From: Octopus sinensis
Taxonomy: Eukaryota
DNA: 64,000 nt
Direction of reading: 5' to 3'
NCBI RefSeq assembly: GCF_006345805.1
Contig: NC_043026.1
Location: 3,162,001-3,226,000, forward strand
Under the pieces are notes generated by a model. That model was not told the origin of the DNA. It ran no database searches and saw nothing but the letters and a program-made list of their open reading frames with translations. Below, in pieces: positions 1 to 12,850 of this stretch. A program made the translations under genes and the position numbers. Position 1 is the first letter of the stretch, and every line of letters starts with the position of its first letter.

Positions 1-1618
1 CCCATAGAAGTACGACTAGATAGACCCGTAGATGTACGACTAGATAGACCCGTAGATGTACGACTAGATAGATAGACCGGTAGAAGTACGACTAGATAGG
101 TAGACCTGTAGAAGTACAACTAGATAGATAGACCCATAGAAGTACGACTAGATAGACCTGTAGAAGTACAACTAGATAGATAGACTGGTAGAAGTACGAC
201 TAGATAGATAGACCCATAGAAGTACGACTAGATAGACCTGTAGAAGTACAACTAGATAGATAGACCCGTAGAAGTACGACTAGATAGACCTGTAGAAGTA
301 CGACTAGATAGACCCGTAGAAGTACGACTAGATAGACCTGTAGAAGTACAACTAGATAGATAGACTGGTAGAAGTACGACTAGATAGATAGACCTGTAGA
401 AGTACAACTAGATAGATAGACCCGTAGAAGTAAGACTAGATAGATAGACTGGTAGAAGTACAACTAGATAGACCTGTAGAAGTACAACTAGATAGATAGA
501 CTGGTAGAAGTACGACTAGATAGATAGACCTGTAGAAGTACAACTAGATAGATAGACTGGTAGAAGTACAACTAGATAGATAGACTGGTAGAAGTAAGAC
601 TAGATAGATAGACCTGTAGAAGTACAACTAGATAGATAGACCTGTAGAAGTACAACTAGATAGATAGACCGGTAGAAGTACAACTAGATAGATAGACCGG
701 TAGAAGTACAACTAGATAGATAGACCCGTAGAAGTACAACTAGATAGATAGACCGGTAGAAGTACAACTAGATAGATAGACCGGTAGAAGTACGACTAGA
801 TAGATAGACCCATAGAAGTAAGACTAGATAGGTAGACCTGTAGAAGTACGACTAGATAGGTAGACCCGTAGAAGTACGACTAGATAGGTAGACCCGTAGA
901 AGTACAACTAGATAGATAGACCCGTAGAAGTACAACTAGATAGATAGACCCGTAGAAGTACAACTAGATAGATAGACCCGTAGAAGTACAACTAGATAGA
1001 TAGACCCGTAGAAGTACAACTAGATAGATAGACCGGTAGAAGTACGACTAGATAGATAGACCCATAGAAGTAAGACTAGATAGGTAGACCTGTAGAAGTA
1101 CGACTAGATAGGTAGACCCGTAGAAGTACAACTAGATAGATAGACCCGTAGAAGTACAACTAGATAGATAGACCCGTAGAAGTACAACTAGATAGATAGA
1201 CCCATAGATGTACGACTAGATAGATAGATAGACCGTAGAAGTACAACTAGATAGAAGACCGTAGAAGTACGACTAGATAGATAGACCCATAGAAGTAAGA
1301 CTAGATAGTAGACCCGTAGAAGTACGACTAGATAGGTAGACCCGTAGAAGTACGACTAGATAGATAGACCCATAGAAGTACAACTAGATAGATAGACCGG
1401 TAGAAGTACGACTAGATAGATAGACCCATAGAAGTAAGACTAGATAGGTAGACCCGTAGAAGTACGACTAGATAGGTAGACCCGTAGAAGTACGACTAGA
1501 TAGGTAGACCCGTAGAAGTACGACTAGATAGATAGACCCGTAGAAGTACAACTAGATAGATAGACCCGTAGAAGTACAACTAGATAGATAGACCCATAGA
1601 AGTACAGCTAGATAGATA
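1..1618. repeat. 24/28-bp tandem minisatellite (CCCGTAGAAGTACAAC-TAGA x2-3), truncated by the window start
   Basis: Unit CCCGTAGAAGTAC(A/G)ACTAGATAGATAGA repeated about 60 times; length variants differ by one TAGA module. Confidence 0.97.
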
Positions 1619-2308
1619 ATATATAATCAAATTGGTCCCATATGTCGATGTATCTGCTGAGGTTTTGAAACCAGAAGCAAGTTACGGAAGCAGCACAAAC
1701 AATGAACCTTGTGTATGTTCATATAAGAATATGTATGTGTGTGTATATCTTTTATGCATCAGCATGTATGTACACATGCATCTGTGTATGCGTATATGCA
1801 CCTCTATGATTGTAGTGTGTCTGACTCTGTTGTTATGTTATACTTGTATATACTTCAGTGAGTGTAGATAAATTCAAAATTCTAAGTATCTATTGGCATG
1901 CATATACATACATATGTACATGTATACACACTCACTCATACATGCAAACACTCACTTATATACGTGTAAACTAGAATTGCCCCAACTTGATATTAAGATG
2001 TGTTTATCAAACATGATTTCGCACTCCCACCCCGACCCCCCCGACCCGACCCGACCCTACCTACATGTCTCTCCATCATCACGATTTCATCTGACGATGT
2101 AATCTTTTTAATCACTCTGCTTGTTATCACCGACGCCGCCGTCGGCCCCATCGCTGCCTCCCTACCAATTGCTGCCTGTCGCAGTGAAATCATCGCTTAA
2201 GTGCTTTTACTAACAGCAACACCACCAGAAGCTCACAGTTATTATTAATATTATTACAGTTACTGGATAATCTTGCTACTGCAGTTACACTACTGTTAAC
2301 ACACTAAA

Positions 2309-5300
2309 AAGAACAGCCCAGTTCTTCATCAGTTAACAAGGAAGTCTGTATCTGCTTGCTCAACCTGCTAGAAATAGCAGCTTAGCAAGAACAGCCCAGT
2401 TCTTCACCAGTTAACAAGGAAGTCTGTATCTGCTTGCTCAACCTGCTAGAAATAGCAGCTTAGCAAGAACAGCCCAGTTCTTCACCAGTTAACAAGGAAG
2501 TCTGTATCTGCTTGCTCAACCTGCTAGAAATAGCAGCTTAGCAAGAACAGCCCAGTTCTTCACCAGTTAACAAGGAAGTCTGTATCTGCTTGCTCAACCT
2601 GCTAGAAATAGCAGCTTAGCAAGAACAGCCCAGTTCTTCACAGTTAACAAGGAAGTCTGTATCTGCTTGCTCAACCTGCTAGAAATAGCAGCTTAGCAAG
2701 AACAGCCCAGTTCTTCACCAGTTAACAAGGAAGTCTGTATCTGCTTGCTCAACCTGCTAGAAATAGCAGCTTAGCAAGAACAGCCCAGTTCTTCATCAGT
2801 TAACAAGGAAGTCTGTATCTGCTTGCTCAACCTGCTAGAAATAGCAGCTTAGCAAGAACAGCCCAGTTCTTCACCAGTTAACAAGGAAGTCTGTATCTGC
2901 TTGCTCAACCTGCTAGAAATAGCAGCTTAGCAAGAACAGCCCAGTTCTTCACCAGTTAACAAGGAAGTCTGTATCTGCTGGCTCAACATGCTAGAAATAG
3001 CAGCTTAGCAAGAACAGCCCAGTTCTTCACCAGTTAACAAGGAAGTCTGTATCTGCTTGCTCAACCTGCTAGAAATAGCAGCTTAGCAAGAACAGCCCAG
3101 TTCTTCATCAGTTAACAAGGAAGTCTGTATCTGCTTGCTCAACCTGCTAGAAATAGCAGCTTAGCAAGAACACCCAGTTCTTCACCAGTTAACAAGGAAG
3201 TCTGTATCTGCTTGCTCAACCTGCTAGAAATAGCAGCTTAGCAAGAACAGCCCAGTTCTTCTCATAGTTAACAAGGAAGTCTGTATCTGCTTGCTCAACC
3301 TGCTAGAAATAGCAGCTTAGCAAGAACAGCCCAGTTCTTCCCAGTTAACAAGGAAGTCTGTATCTGCTTGCTCAACCTGCTAGAAATAGCAGCTTAGCAA
3401 GAACAGCCCAGTTCTTCATCAGTTAACAAGGAAGTCTGTATCTGCTTGCTCAACCTGCTAGAAATAGCAGCTTAGCAAGAACAGCCCAGTTCTTCACCAG
3501 TTAACAAGGAAGTCTGTATCTGCTTGCTCAACCTGCTAGAAATAGCAGCTTAGCAAGAACAGCCCAGTTCTTCATCAGTTAACAAGGAAGTCTGTATCTG
3601 CTTGCTCAACCTGCTAGAAATAGCAGCTTAGCAAGAACAACCCAGTTCTTCACCAGTTAACAAGGAAGTCTGTATCTGCTTGCTCAACCTGCTAGAAATA
3701 GCAGCTTAGCAAGAACAGCCCAGTTCTTCACCAGTTAACAAGGAAGTCTGTATCTGCTTGCTCAACCTGCTAGAAATAGCAGCTTAGCAAGAACAGCCCA
3801 GTTCTTCATCAGTTAACAAGGAAGTCTGTATCTGCTTGCTCAACCTGCTAGAAATAGCAGCTTAGCAAGAACAACCCAGTTCTTCACCAGTTAACAAGGA
3901 AGTCTGTATCTGCTTGCTCAACCTGCTAGAAATAGCAGCTTAGCAAGAACAGCCCAGTTCTTCACCAGTTAACAAGGAAGTCTGTATCTGCTTGCTCAAC
4001 CTGCTAGAAATAGCAGCTTAGCAAGAACAGCCCAGTTCTTCACCAGTTAACAAGGAAGTCTGTATCTGCTTGCTCAACCTGCTAGAAATAGCAGCTTAGC
4101 AAGAACAGCCCAGTTCTTCATCAGTTAACAAGGAAGTCTGTATCTGCTTGCTCAACCTGCTAGAAATAGCAGCTTAGCAAGAACAACCCAGTTCTTCACC
4201 AGTTAACAAGGAAGTCTGTATCTGCTGGCTCAACCTGCTAGAAATAGCAGCTTAGCAAGAACAGCCCAGTTCTTCACCAGTTAACAAGAAGTCTGTATCT
4301 GCTTGCTCAACCTGCTAGAAATAGCAGCTTAGCAAGAACAGCCCAGTTCTTCACCAGTTAACAAGGAAGTCTGTATCTGCTTGCTCAACCTGCTAGAAAT
4401 AGCAGCTTAGCAAGAACAGCCCAGTTCTTCACCAGTTAACAAGGAAGTCTGTATCTGCTTGCTCAACCTGCTAGAAATAGCAGCTTAGCAAGAACAGCCC
4501 AGTTCTTCATCAGTTACAAGGAAGTCTGTATCTGCTTGCTCTGCTTAACCTGCTAGAAATAGCAGCTTAGCAAGAACAGCCCAGTTCTTCACCAGTTAAC
4601 AAGGAAGTCTGTATCTGCTTGCTCAACCTGCTAGAAATAGCAGCTTAGCAAGAAGCCCAGTTCTTCATCAGTTAACAAGGAAGTCTGTATCTGCTTGCTC
4701 AACCTGCTAGAAATAGCAGCTTAGCAAGAACAGCCCAGTTCTTCACCAGTTAACAAGGAAGTCTGTATCTGCTTGCTCAACCTGCTAGAAATAGCAGCTT
4801 AGCAAGAACAGCCCAGTTCTTCACCAGTTAACAAGGAAGTCTGTATCTGCTGCTCAAATGCTAGAAATAGCAGCTTAGCAAGAACAGCCCAGTTCTTCAC
4901 CAGTTAACAAGGAAGTCTGTATCTGCTTGCTCAACATGCTAGAAATAGCAGCTTAGCAAGAACAGCCCAGTTCTTCATCAGTTAACAAGGAAGTCTGTAT
5001 CTGCTTGCTCAACCTGCTAGAAATAGCAGCTTAGCGAGAACAGTCCAGTTCTTCATCAGTTAACAAGGAAGTCTGTATCTGCTTGCTCAACCTGCTAGAA
5101 ATAGCAGCTTAGCAAGAACAGTCCAGTTCTTCACCAGTTAACAAGGAAGTCTGTATCTGCTTGCTCAACCTGCTAGAAATAGCAGCTTAGCAAGAACAGC
5201 CCAGTTCTTCACCAGTTAACAAGGAAGTCTGTATCTGCTTGCTCAACCTGCTAGAAATAGCAGCTTAGCAAGAACAGCCCAGTTCTTCATCAGTTAACAA

Positions 5301-8300
5301 GGAAGTCTGTATCTGCTTGCTCAACCTGCTAGAAATAGCAGCTTAGCAAGAACAGCCAGTTCTTCATCAGTTAACAAGGAAGTCTGTATCTGCTTGCTCA
5401 ACCTGCTAGAAATAGCAGCTTAGCAAGAACAGCCCAGTTCTTCACCAGTTAACAAGGAAGTCTGTATCGCTTGCTCAACCTGCTAGAAATAGCAGCTTAG
5501 CAAGAACAGCCCAGTTCTTCATCAGTTAACAGGAAGTCTGTATCTGCTTGCTCAACCTGCTAGAAATAGCAGCTTAGCAAGAACAGCCCAGTTCTTCACC
5601 AGTTAACAAGGAAGTCTGTATCTCTGCTGGCTCAACATGCTAGAAATAGCAGCTTAGCAAGAACAGCCCAGTTCTTCACCAGTTAACAAGGAAGTCTGTA
5701 TCTGCTTGCTCAACCTGCTAGAAATAGCAGCTTAGCAAGAACAGCCCAGTTCTTCACCAGTTAACAAGAAGTCTGTATCTGCTGGCTCAACATGCTAGAA
5801 ATAGCAGCTTAGCAAGAACAGCCCAGTTCTTCACCAGTTAACAAGGAAGTCTGTATCTGCTTGCTCAACCTGCTAGAAATAGCAGCTTAGCAAGAACAGC
5901 CCAGTTCTTCACCAGTTAACAAGGAAGTCTGTATCTGCTGGCTCAACCTGCTAGAAATAGCAGCTTAGCAAGAACAGCCCAGTTCTTCACCAGTTAACAA
6001 GGAAGTCTGTATCTGCTGGCTCAACATGCTAGAAATAGCAGCTTAGCAAGAACAGCCCAGTTCTTCATCAGTTAACAAGGAAGTCTGTATCTGCTTGCTC
6101 AACCTGCTAGAAATAGCAGCTTAGCAAGAACAGCCCAGTTCTTCACCAGTTAACAAGGAAGTCTGTATCTGCTGGCTCAACATGCTAGAAATAGCAGCTT
6201 AGCAAGAACAGCCCAGTTCTTCACCAGTTAACAAGGAAGTCTGTATCTGCTTGCTCAACCTGCTAGAAATAGCAGCTTAGCAAGAACAGCCCAGTTCTTC
6301 ACCAGTTAACAAGGAAGTCTGTATCTGCTGGCTCAACCTGCTAGAAATAGCAGCTTAGCAAGAACAGCCCAGTTCTTCACCAGTTAACAAGGAAGTCTGT
6401 ATCTGCTTGCTCAACCTGCTAGAAATAGCAGCTTAGCAAGAACAGCCCAGTTCTTCATCAGTTAACAAGGAAGTCTGTATCTGCTTGCTCAACCTGCTAG
6501 AAATAGCAGCTTAGCAAGAACAGCCCAGTTCTTCACCAGTTAACAAGGAAGTCTGTATCTGCTTGCTCAACCTGCTAGAAATAGCAGCTTAGCAAGAACA
6601 GCCCAGTTCTTCACCAGTTAACAAGGAAGTCTGTATCTGCTTGCTCAACCTGCTAGAAATAGCAGCTTAGCAAGAACAGCCCAGTTCTTCATCAGTTAAC
6701 AAGGAAGTCTGTATCTGCTTGCTCAACCTGCTAGAAATAGCAGCTTAGCAAGAACAACCCAGTTCTTCACCAGTTAACAAGGAAGTCTGTATCTGCTTGC
6801 TCAACCTGCTAGAAATAGCAGCTTAGCAAGAACAGCCCAGTTCTTCATCAGTTAACAAGGAAGTCTGTATCTGCTTGCTCAACCTGCTAGAAATAGCAGC
6901 TTAGCAAGAACAGCCCAGTTCTCACCAGTTAACAAGGAAGTCTGTATCTGCTTGCTCAACCTGCGAAATAGCAGCTTAGCAAGAACAGTCCAGTTCTTCA
7001 CCAGTTAACAAGGAAGTCTGTATCTGCTTGCTCAACCTGCTAGAAATAGCAGCTTAGCAAGAACAGCCCAGTTCTTCACCAGTTACAAGGAAGTCTGTAT
7101 CTGCTTGCTCAACCTGCTAGAAATAGCAGCTTAGCAAGAACAGCCCAGTTCTTCATCAGTTAACAAGGAAGTCTGTATCTGCTTGCTCAACCTGCTAGAA
7201 ATAGCAGCTTAGCAAGAACAGCCCAGTTCTTCATCAGTTAACAAGGAAGTCTGTATCTGCTTGCTCAACCTGCTAGAAATAGCAGCTTAGCAAGAACAGC
7301 CCAGTTCTTCACCAGTTAACAAGGAAGTCTGTATCTGCTTGCTCAACCTGCTAGAAATAGCAGCTTAGCAAGAACAGCCCAGTTCTTCATCAGTTAACAA
7401 GGAAGTCTGTATCTGCTTGCTCAACCTGCTAGAAATAGCAGCTTAGCAAGAACAGCCCAGTTCTTCACCAGTTAACAAGGAAGTCTGTATCTGCTGGCTC
7501 AACATGCTAGAAATAGCAGCTTAGCAAGAACAGCCCAGTTCTTCATCATTAACAAGGAAGTCTGTATCTGCTTGCTCAACCTGCTAGAAATAGCAGCTTA
7601 GCAAGAACCCCAGTTCTTCACCAGTTAACAAGAAGTCTGTACTGCTGCTCAACATGCTAGAATAGCAGCTTAGCAAAACAGCCCAGTTCTTCACCATTAA
7701 CAAGGAAGTCTGTATCTGCTTGCTCAACCTGCTAGAAATAGCAGCTTAGCAAGAACAGCCCAGTTCTTCACCAGTTAACAAGGAAGTCTGTATCTGCTGG
7801 CTCAACCTGCTAGAAATAGCAGCTTAGCAAGAACAGCCCAGTTCTTCACCAGTTAACAAGAAGTCTGTATCTGCTGGCTCAACATGCTAGAAATAGCAGC
7901 TTAGCAAGAACAGCCAGTTCTTCATCAGTTAACAAGGAAGTCTGTATCTGCTTGCTCAACCTGCTAGAAATAGCAGCTTAGCAAGAACAGCCCAGTTCTT
8001 CACCAGTTAACAAGGAAGTCTGTATCTGCTGGCTCAACATGCTAGAAATAGCAGCTTAGCAAGAACAGCCCAGTTCTTCACCAGTTAACAAGGAAGTCTG
8101 TATCTGCTTGCTCAACCTGCTAGAAATAGCAGCTTAGCAAGAACAGCCCAGTTCTTCACCAGTTAACAAGAAGTCTGTATCTGCTGGCTCAACCTGCTAG
8201 AAATAGCCTTAGCAAGAACAGCCCAGTTCTTCACCAGTTAACAAGAAGTCTGTATCTGCTTGCTCAACCTGCTAGAAATAGCAGCTTAGCAAGAACAGCC

Positions 8301-11300
8301 CAGTTCTTCATCAGTTAACAAGAAGTCTGTATCTGCTTGCTCAACCTGCTAGAAAGCAGCTTAGCAAGAACAGCCGTTCTTCACCAGTTAACAAGGAAGT
8401 CTGTATCTGCTTGCTCAACCTGCTAGAAATAGCAGCTTAGCAAGAACAGCCCAGTTCTTCACCAGTTAAGGAAGTCTGTATCTGCTTGCTCAACCTGCTA
8501 GAAATAGCAGCTTAGCAAGAACAGCCCAGTTCTTCATCAGTTAACAAGGAAGTCTGTATCTGCTTGCTCAACCTGCTAGATAGCAGCTTAGCAAGACAAC
8601 CCAGTTCTTCACCAGTTAAAAGGAAGTCTGTATCTGCTTGCTCAACCTGCTAGAAATAGCAGCTTAGCAAGAACAGCCCAGTTCTTCATCAGTTAACAAG
8701 GAAGTCTGTATCTGCTTGCTCCCTGCTAGAAATAGCAGCTTAGCAAGAACAGCCCAGTTCTTCACCAGTTAACAAGGAAGTCTGTATCTGCTTGCTCAAC
8801 CTGCTAGAAATAGCAGCTTAGCAAGAACAGCCCAGTTCTTCATCAGTTAACAAGGAAGTCTGTATCTGCTTGCTCAACCTGCTAGAAATAGCAGCTTAGC
8901 AGAACAGCCCAGTTCTTCACCAGTAACAAGGAAGTCTGTATCTGCTTGCTCAACCTGCTAGAATATAGCAGCTTAGCAAGAACAGCCCAGTTCTTCATCA
9001 GTTAACAAGGAAGTCTGTATCTGCTTGCTCAACCTGCTAGAAATAGCAGCTTAGCAAGAACAACCCAGTTCTTCACCAGTTAACAGGAAGTCTGTATCTG
9101 CTTGCTCAACCTGCTAGAAATAGCAGCTTAGCAAGAACAGCCCAGTTCTTCACCAGTTAACAAGGAAGTCTGTAATCTGCTTGCTCAACCTGCTAGAATA
9201 GCAGCTTAGCAAGAACAGCCCAGTTCTTCATCAGTTAACAAGGAAGTCTGTATCTGCTTGCTCAACCTGCTAGAAATAGCACTTATTCAAGAACAACCCA
9301 GTTCTTCTCACCAGTTAACAAGGAAGTCTGTATCTGCTTGCTCAACCTGCTAGAAAGAGCAGCTTAGCAAGAACAGCCCAGTTCTTCACCAGTTAACAAG
9401 GAAGTCTATCTGCTTGCTCAACCTGCTAGAAATAGCAGCTTAGCAAGAACATCCCAGTTCTTCATCAGTTACACAGGAAGTCTGTATCTGCTTGCTCAAC
9501 CTGCTAGAAATAGCAGCTTAGCAAGAACAACCCAGTTCTTCACCAGTTAACAAGGAAGTCTGTATCTGCTGGCTCAACCGCTAGAAATAGCAGCTAGCAA
9601 GAACAGCCCAGTTCTTCACCATTAACAAGGAAGTCTGTATCTGCTTGCTCAACCTGCTAGAAATAGCAGCTTAGCAAGACAGCCCAGTTCTTCACCAGTT
9701 AACAAGGAAGTCTGTATCTGCTTGCTCAACCTGCTAGAAAGCAGCTTAGCAACAACAGCCCAGTCTTCACCATTAACAAGGAAGTCTGTATCTGTGCTTG
9801 CTCAACCTGCTTAGAAATAGCAGCTTAGCAAGAACAGCCCAGTTCTTCACCAGTTAACAAGGAAGTCAGTATCTGCTTGCTCAACCTGCTAGAAATAGCA
9901 GCTTAGCAAGAACAGCCCATTTCTTCATCAGTTAACAAGGAAGTCTGTATCTGCTGGCTCAACCTGCTAAGAAGCAGCTTAGCAAGAACAGCCCAGTTCT
10001 TACCAGTTAACAAGGAAGTCTGTATCTGCTTGCTCAACCTGCTAGAAATAGCAGCTTAGCAAGAACAGCCCAGTTCTTCCCCAGTTTACAAGGAAGTCTG
10101 TATCTGCTTGCTCAACCTGCTAGAAAAAGCAGCTTAGCAAGAACAGCCCAGTTCTTCACCAGTTAACAAGGAAGTCTGTATCTGCTTGCTCAACCTGCTA
10201 GAAATAGCAGCTTAGCAAGAACAGCCCAGTTCTTCATCAGTTAACAAGGAAGTCTGTATCTGCTTGCTAACCTGCTAGTAATAGCAGCTTAGCAAGAACT
10301 GCCCAGTTCTTCACAGTTAACAAGGAAGTCTGTATCTGCTGGCTCAACCTGCTAGAAATAGCAGCTTAGCAAGAACAGCCAGTTCTTCACCAGTTAACAA
10401 GGAAGTCTGTATCTGCTTGCTCAACCTGCTAGAAATAGCAGCTTAGCAAGAACAGCCAGTTCTTCCCCAGTTAACAAGGAAGTCTGTATCTGCTTGCTCA
10501 ACCTGCTAGAAATAGCAGCTTAGCAAGAACAGCCCAGTTCTTCACCAGTTAACAAGGAAGTCTGTATCTGCTTGCTCAACCTGCTAGAAATAGCAGCTTA
10601 GCAAGAACAGCCCAGTTCTTCATCAGTTAACAAGGAAGTCTGTATCTGCTTGCTCAACCTGCTAGAAATAGCAGCTTAGCAAGAACAGCCCAGTTCTTCA
10701 ACAGTTAACAAGAAAACCTGTATCTGCTTGCTCAACCTGCTAGAAATAGCAGCTTAGCAAGAACAGCCCAGTTCTTCACCAGTTAACAAGGAAGTCTGTA
10801 TCTGCTTGCTCAACCTGCTAGAAATAGTAGCTTAGCAAGAACAGCCCAGTTCTTCATCAGTTAACAAGGAAGTCTGTATCTGCTTGCTCAACCTCCTAGA
10901 AATAGCAGCTTAGCAAGAACAGCCCAGTTCTTCATCAGTTAACAAGGAAGTCTGTATCTGCTTGCTCAACCTGCTAGAAATAGCAGCTTAGCAAGAACAG
11001 CCCAGTTCTTCACCAGTTAACAAGGAAGTCTGTATCTGCTTGCTCAACCTGCTAGAAATAGCAGCTTAGCAAGAACAGCTCACTTCTTCACCAGTTAACA
11101 AGGAAGTCTGTATCTGCTTGCTCAACCTGCTAGAAATAGCAGCTTAGCAAGAACAGCCCAGTTCTTCATCAGTTAACAAGGAAGTCTGTATGTGCTTGCT
11201 CAACCTGCTAGAAATAGCAGCTTAGCAGGAACAGCTCACTTCTTCACCAGTTAACAAGGAAGTCTGTATCTGCTTTCTCAACCTGCTAGAAATAGCAGCT

Positions 11301-12040
11301 TAGCAAGAACAGCCCAGTTCTTCACCAGTTAACAAGGAAGTCTGTATCTGCTTGCTCAACCTGCTAGAAATAGCAGCTTAGCAAGAACAGCTCACTTCTT
11401 CACAGTTAACAAGGAAGTCTGTATCTGCTTGCTCAACCTGCTAGAAATAGCAGCTTAGCAAGAACAGCCCAGTTCTTCACCAGTTAACAAGGAAGTCTGT
11501 ATCTGCTTGCTCAACCTGCTAGAAATAGCAGCTTAGCAAGAACAGCCACTTCTTCACAGTTAACAAGGAAGTCTGTATCTGCTTGCTCAACCTGCTAGAA
11601 ATAGCAGCTTAGCAAGAACAGCCCAGTTCTTCATCAGTTAACAAGGAAGTCTGTATCTGCTTGCTCAACCTGCTAGAAATAGCAGCTTAGCAAGAACAGC
11701 TCACTTCTTCACCAGTTAACAAGGAAGTCTGTATCTGCTTGCTCAACCTGCTAGAAATAGCAGCTTAGCAAGAACAGCCCAGTTCTTCACCAGTTAACAA
11801 GGAAGTCTGTATCTGCTTGCTCAACCTGCTAGAAATAGCAGCTTAGCAAGAACAGCTCACTTCTTCACCAGTTAACAAGGAAGTCTGTATCTGCTTGCTC
11901 AACCTGCTAGAAATAGCAGCTTAGCAAGAACAGCCCAGTTCTTCATCAGTTAACAAGGAAGTCTGTATCTGCTTGCTCAACCTGCTAGAAATAGCAGCTT
12001 AGCAAGAACAGCTCACTTCTTCACTAGTTAACAAAGAAGC
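2309..12040. repeat. 78-bp satellite array, about 125 copies
   Basis: Unit AAGAACAGCCCAGTTCTTCA(C/T)CAGTTAACAAGGAAGTCTGTATCTGCTTGCTCAACCTGCTAGAAATAGCAGCTTAGC; period 78 (GAACAGCCCA at 2311 and 2389); no spacers. Confidence 0.98.
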
Positions 12041-12104
12041 CTATATTTAAGAGATGAGGAATTATTTACATTTGATGGATATTGTCCGCATCTTGTTTGT
12101 TGTT

Positions 12105-12150
12105 AACACAACATTTCGGCTGATATTCCCTCCAGCCTTCTTCAGGTGTC
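12105..12150 (-). ncRNA. Minimal type-I hammerhead ribozyme in the PLE pLTR
   Basis: Minus strand GACAC-CTGAAGA-A-GGCTG[GAGGGAATAT]CAGCC-GAAA-TG-TT^GTGTT: stem I 5 bp, stem II 5 bp, both core boxes present. Confidence 0.85.
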
Positions 12151-12298
12151 TTGGGGAAATTTCGAACCTGGGTTCTCATTCCTAAGGTATTTTTCGATAT
12201 TATTATTAACATCAAACTCAAAATCTTGGGGTTAGTAGCCCACGCTCTTAACCACTACGCCATATGCCCATGGGCAATTATGGAGTGGATTTTAGAGC

Positions 12299-12850
12299 TT
12301 ATAAACCTAATATTTTTCTATCCCCCCTTAATACCGGTTCCCATATGCTGCTCATATCAGCACTCGGTCTGCTTAGGAGGTTGTTGTGTCCTAGCATATG
12401 TGTTGCTTCTTTTAGTTTTCGTATTTTCCAGTGGTGTTCCCTGTCTATTATTTTTACTTCATCCCACAGAGGGAGGTGGTCTCCATTTTTCCATACATGG
12501 TCATCAATACCCAATTCATCAATATCTCCTCATGTCACAGCTTTGCAATGTTCATCTACCCTTATTTTGAGGGGGCAGCATGTTTCGCCTTTGTATAACC
12601 TACCACAACTACATGGGATGGAGTACACGCAGTCTTTGGTCATATTCTCTTCTTTTGGTGGTTTTACTGGAAGGAGATATTTGCAAAGTGTTGTATTACT
12701 CTTGAATACTGTCCTGATGTCATATGGGCCGCATATCTTTTGTATCTTTTCGGAGAGGCCTTTCACATAGGGTAGACAGACTGTGGACCGTTCATTGACC
12801 TCATCCTCTCTCTTGTTCATATCGCTAGCAGGGGAATAAATCCTCTCCAT
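12299..12850 (-). pseudogene. Penelope-type GIY-YIG endonuclease pseudogene fragment
   Basis: VYSIPCSCG-x-YKGET motif; in-frame TGA at 12530-12532 (probable CGA>TGA); no RT domain present. Confidence 0.88.

Noticed and set aside
2294-2303. TGTTAACACA on both sides of the satellite (also 12101-12110)
   Set aside because: An AT-rich 10-mer that is not at the array boundaries; chance cannot be excluded.
2309-12040. CRISPR-like array
   Set aside because: Units are contiguous with no unique spacers, there are no cas genes, and the context is eukaryotic.
2309-12040. Satellite-encoded hammerhead on the minus strand (CTGATGA-AGAAC[TGGGCT]GTTCT)
   Set aside because: The first box and a 5-bp stem-loop are present in the CATC variant, but TGCT follows instead of the essential GAAA, and most units read CTGGTGA.
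12151-12770. Plus-strand ORFs of 139 and 168 aa
   Set aside because: Antisense shadows of the PLE endonuclease frame.
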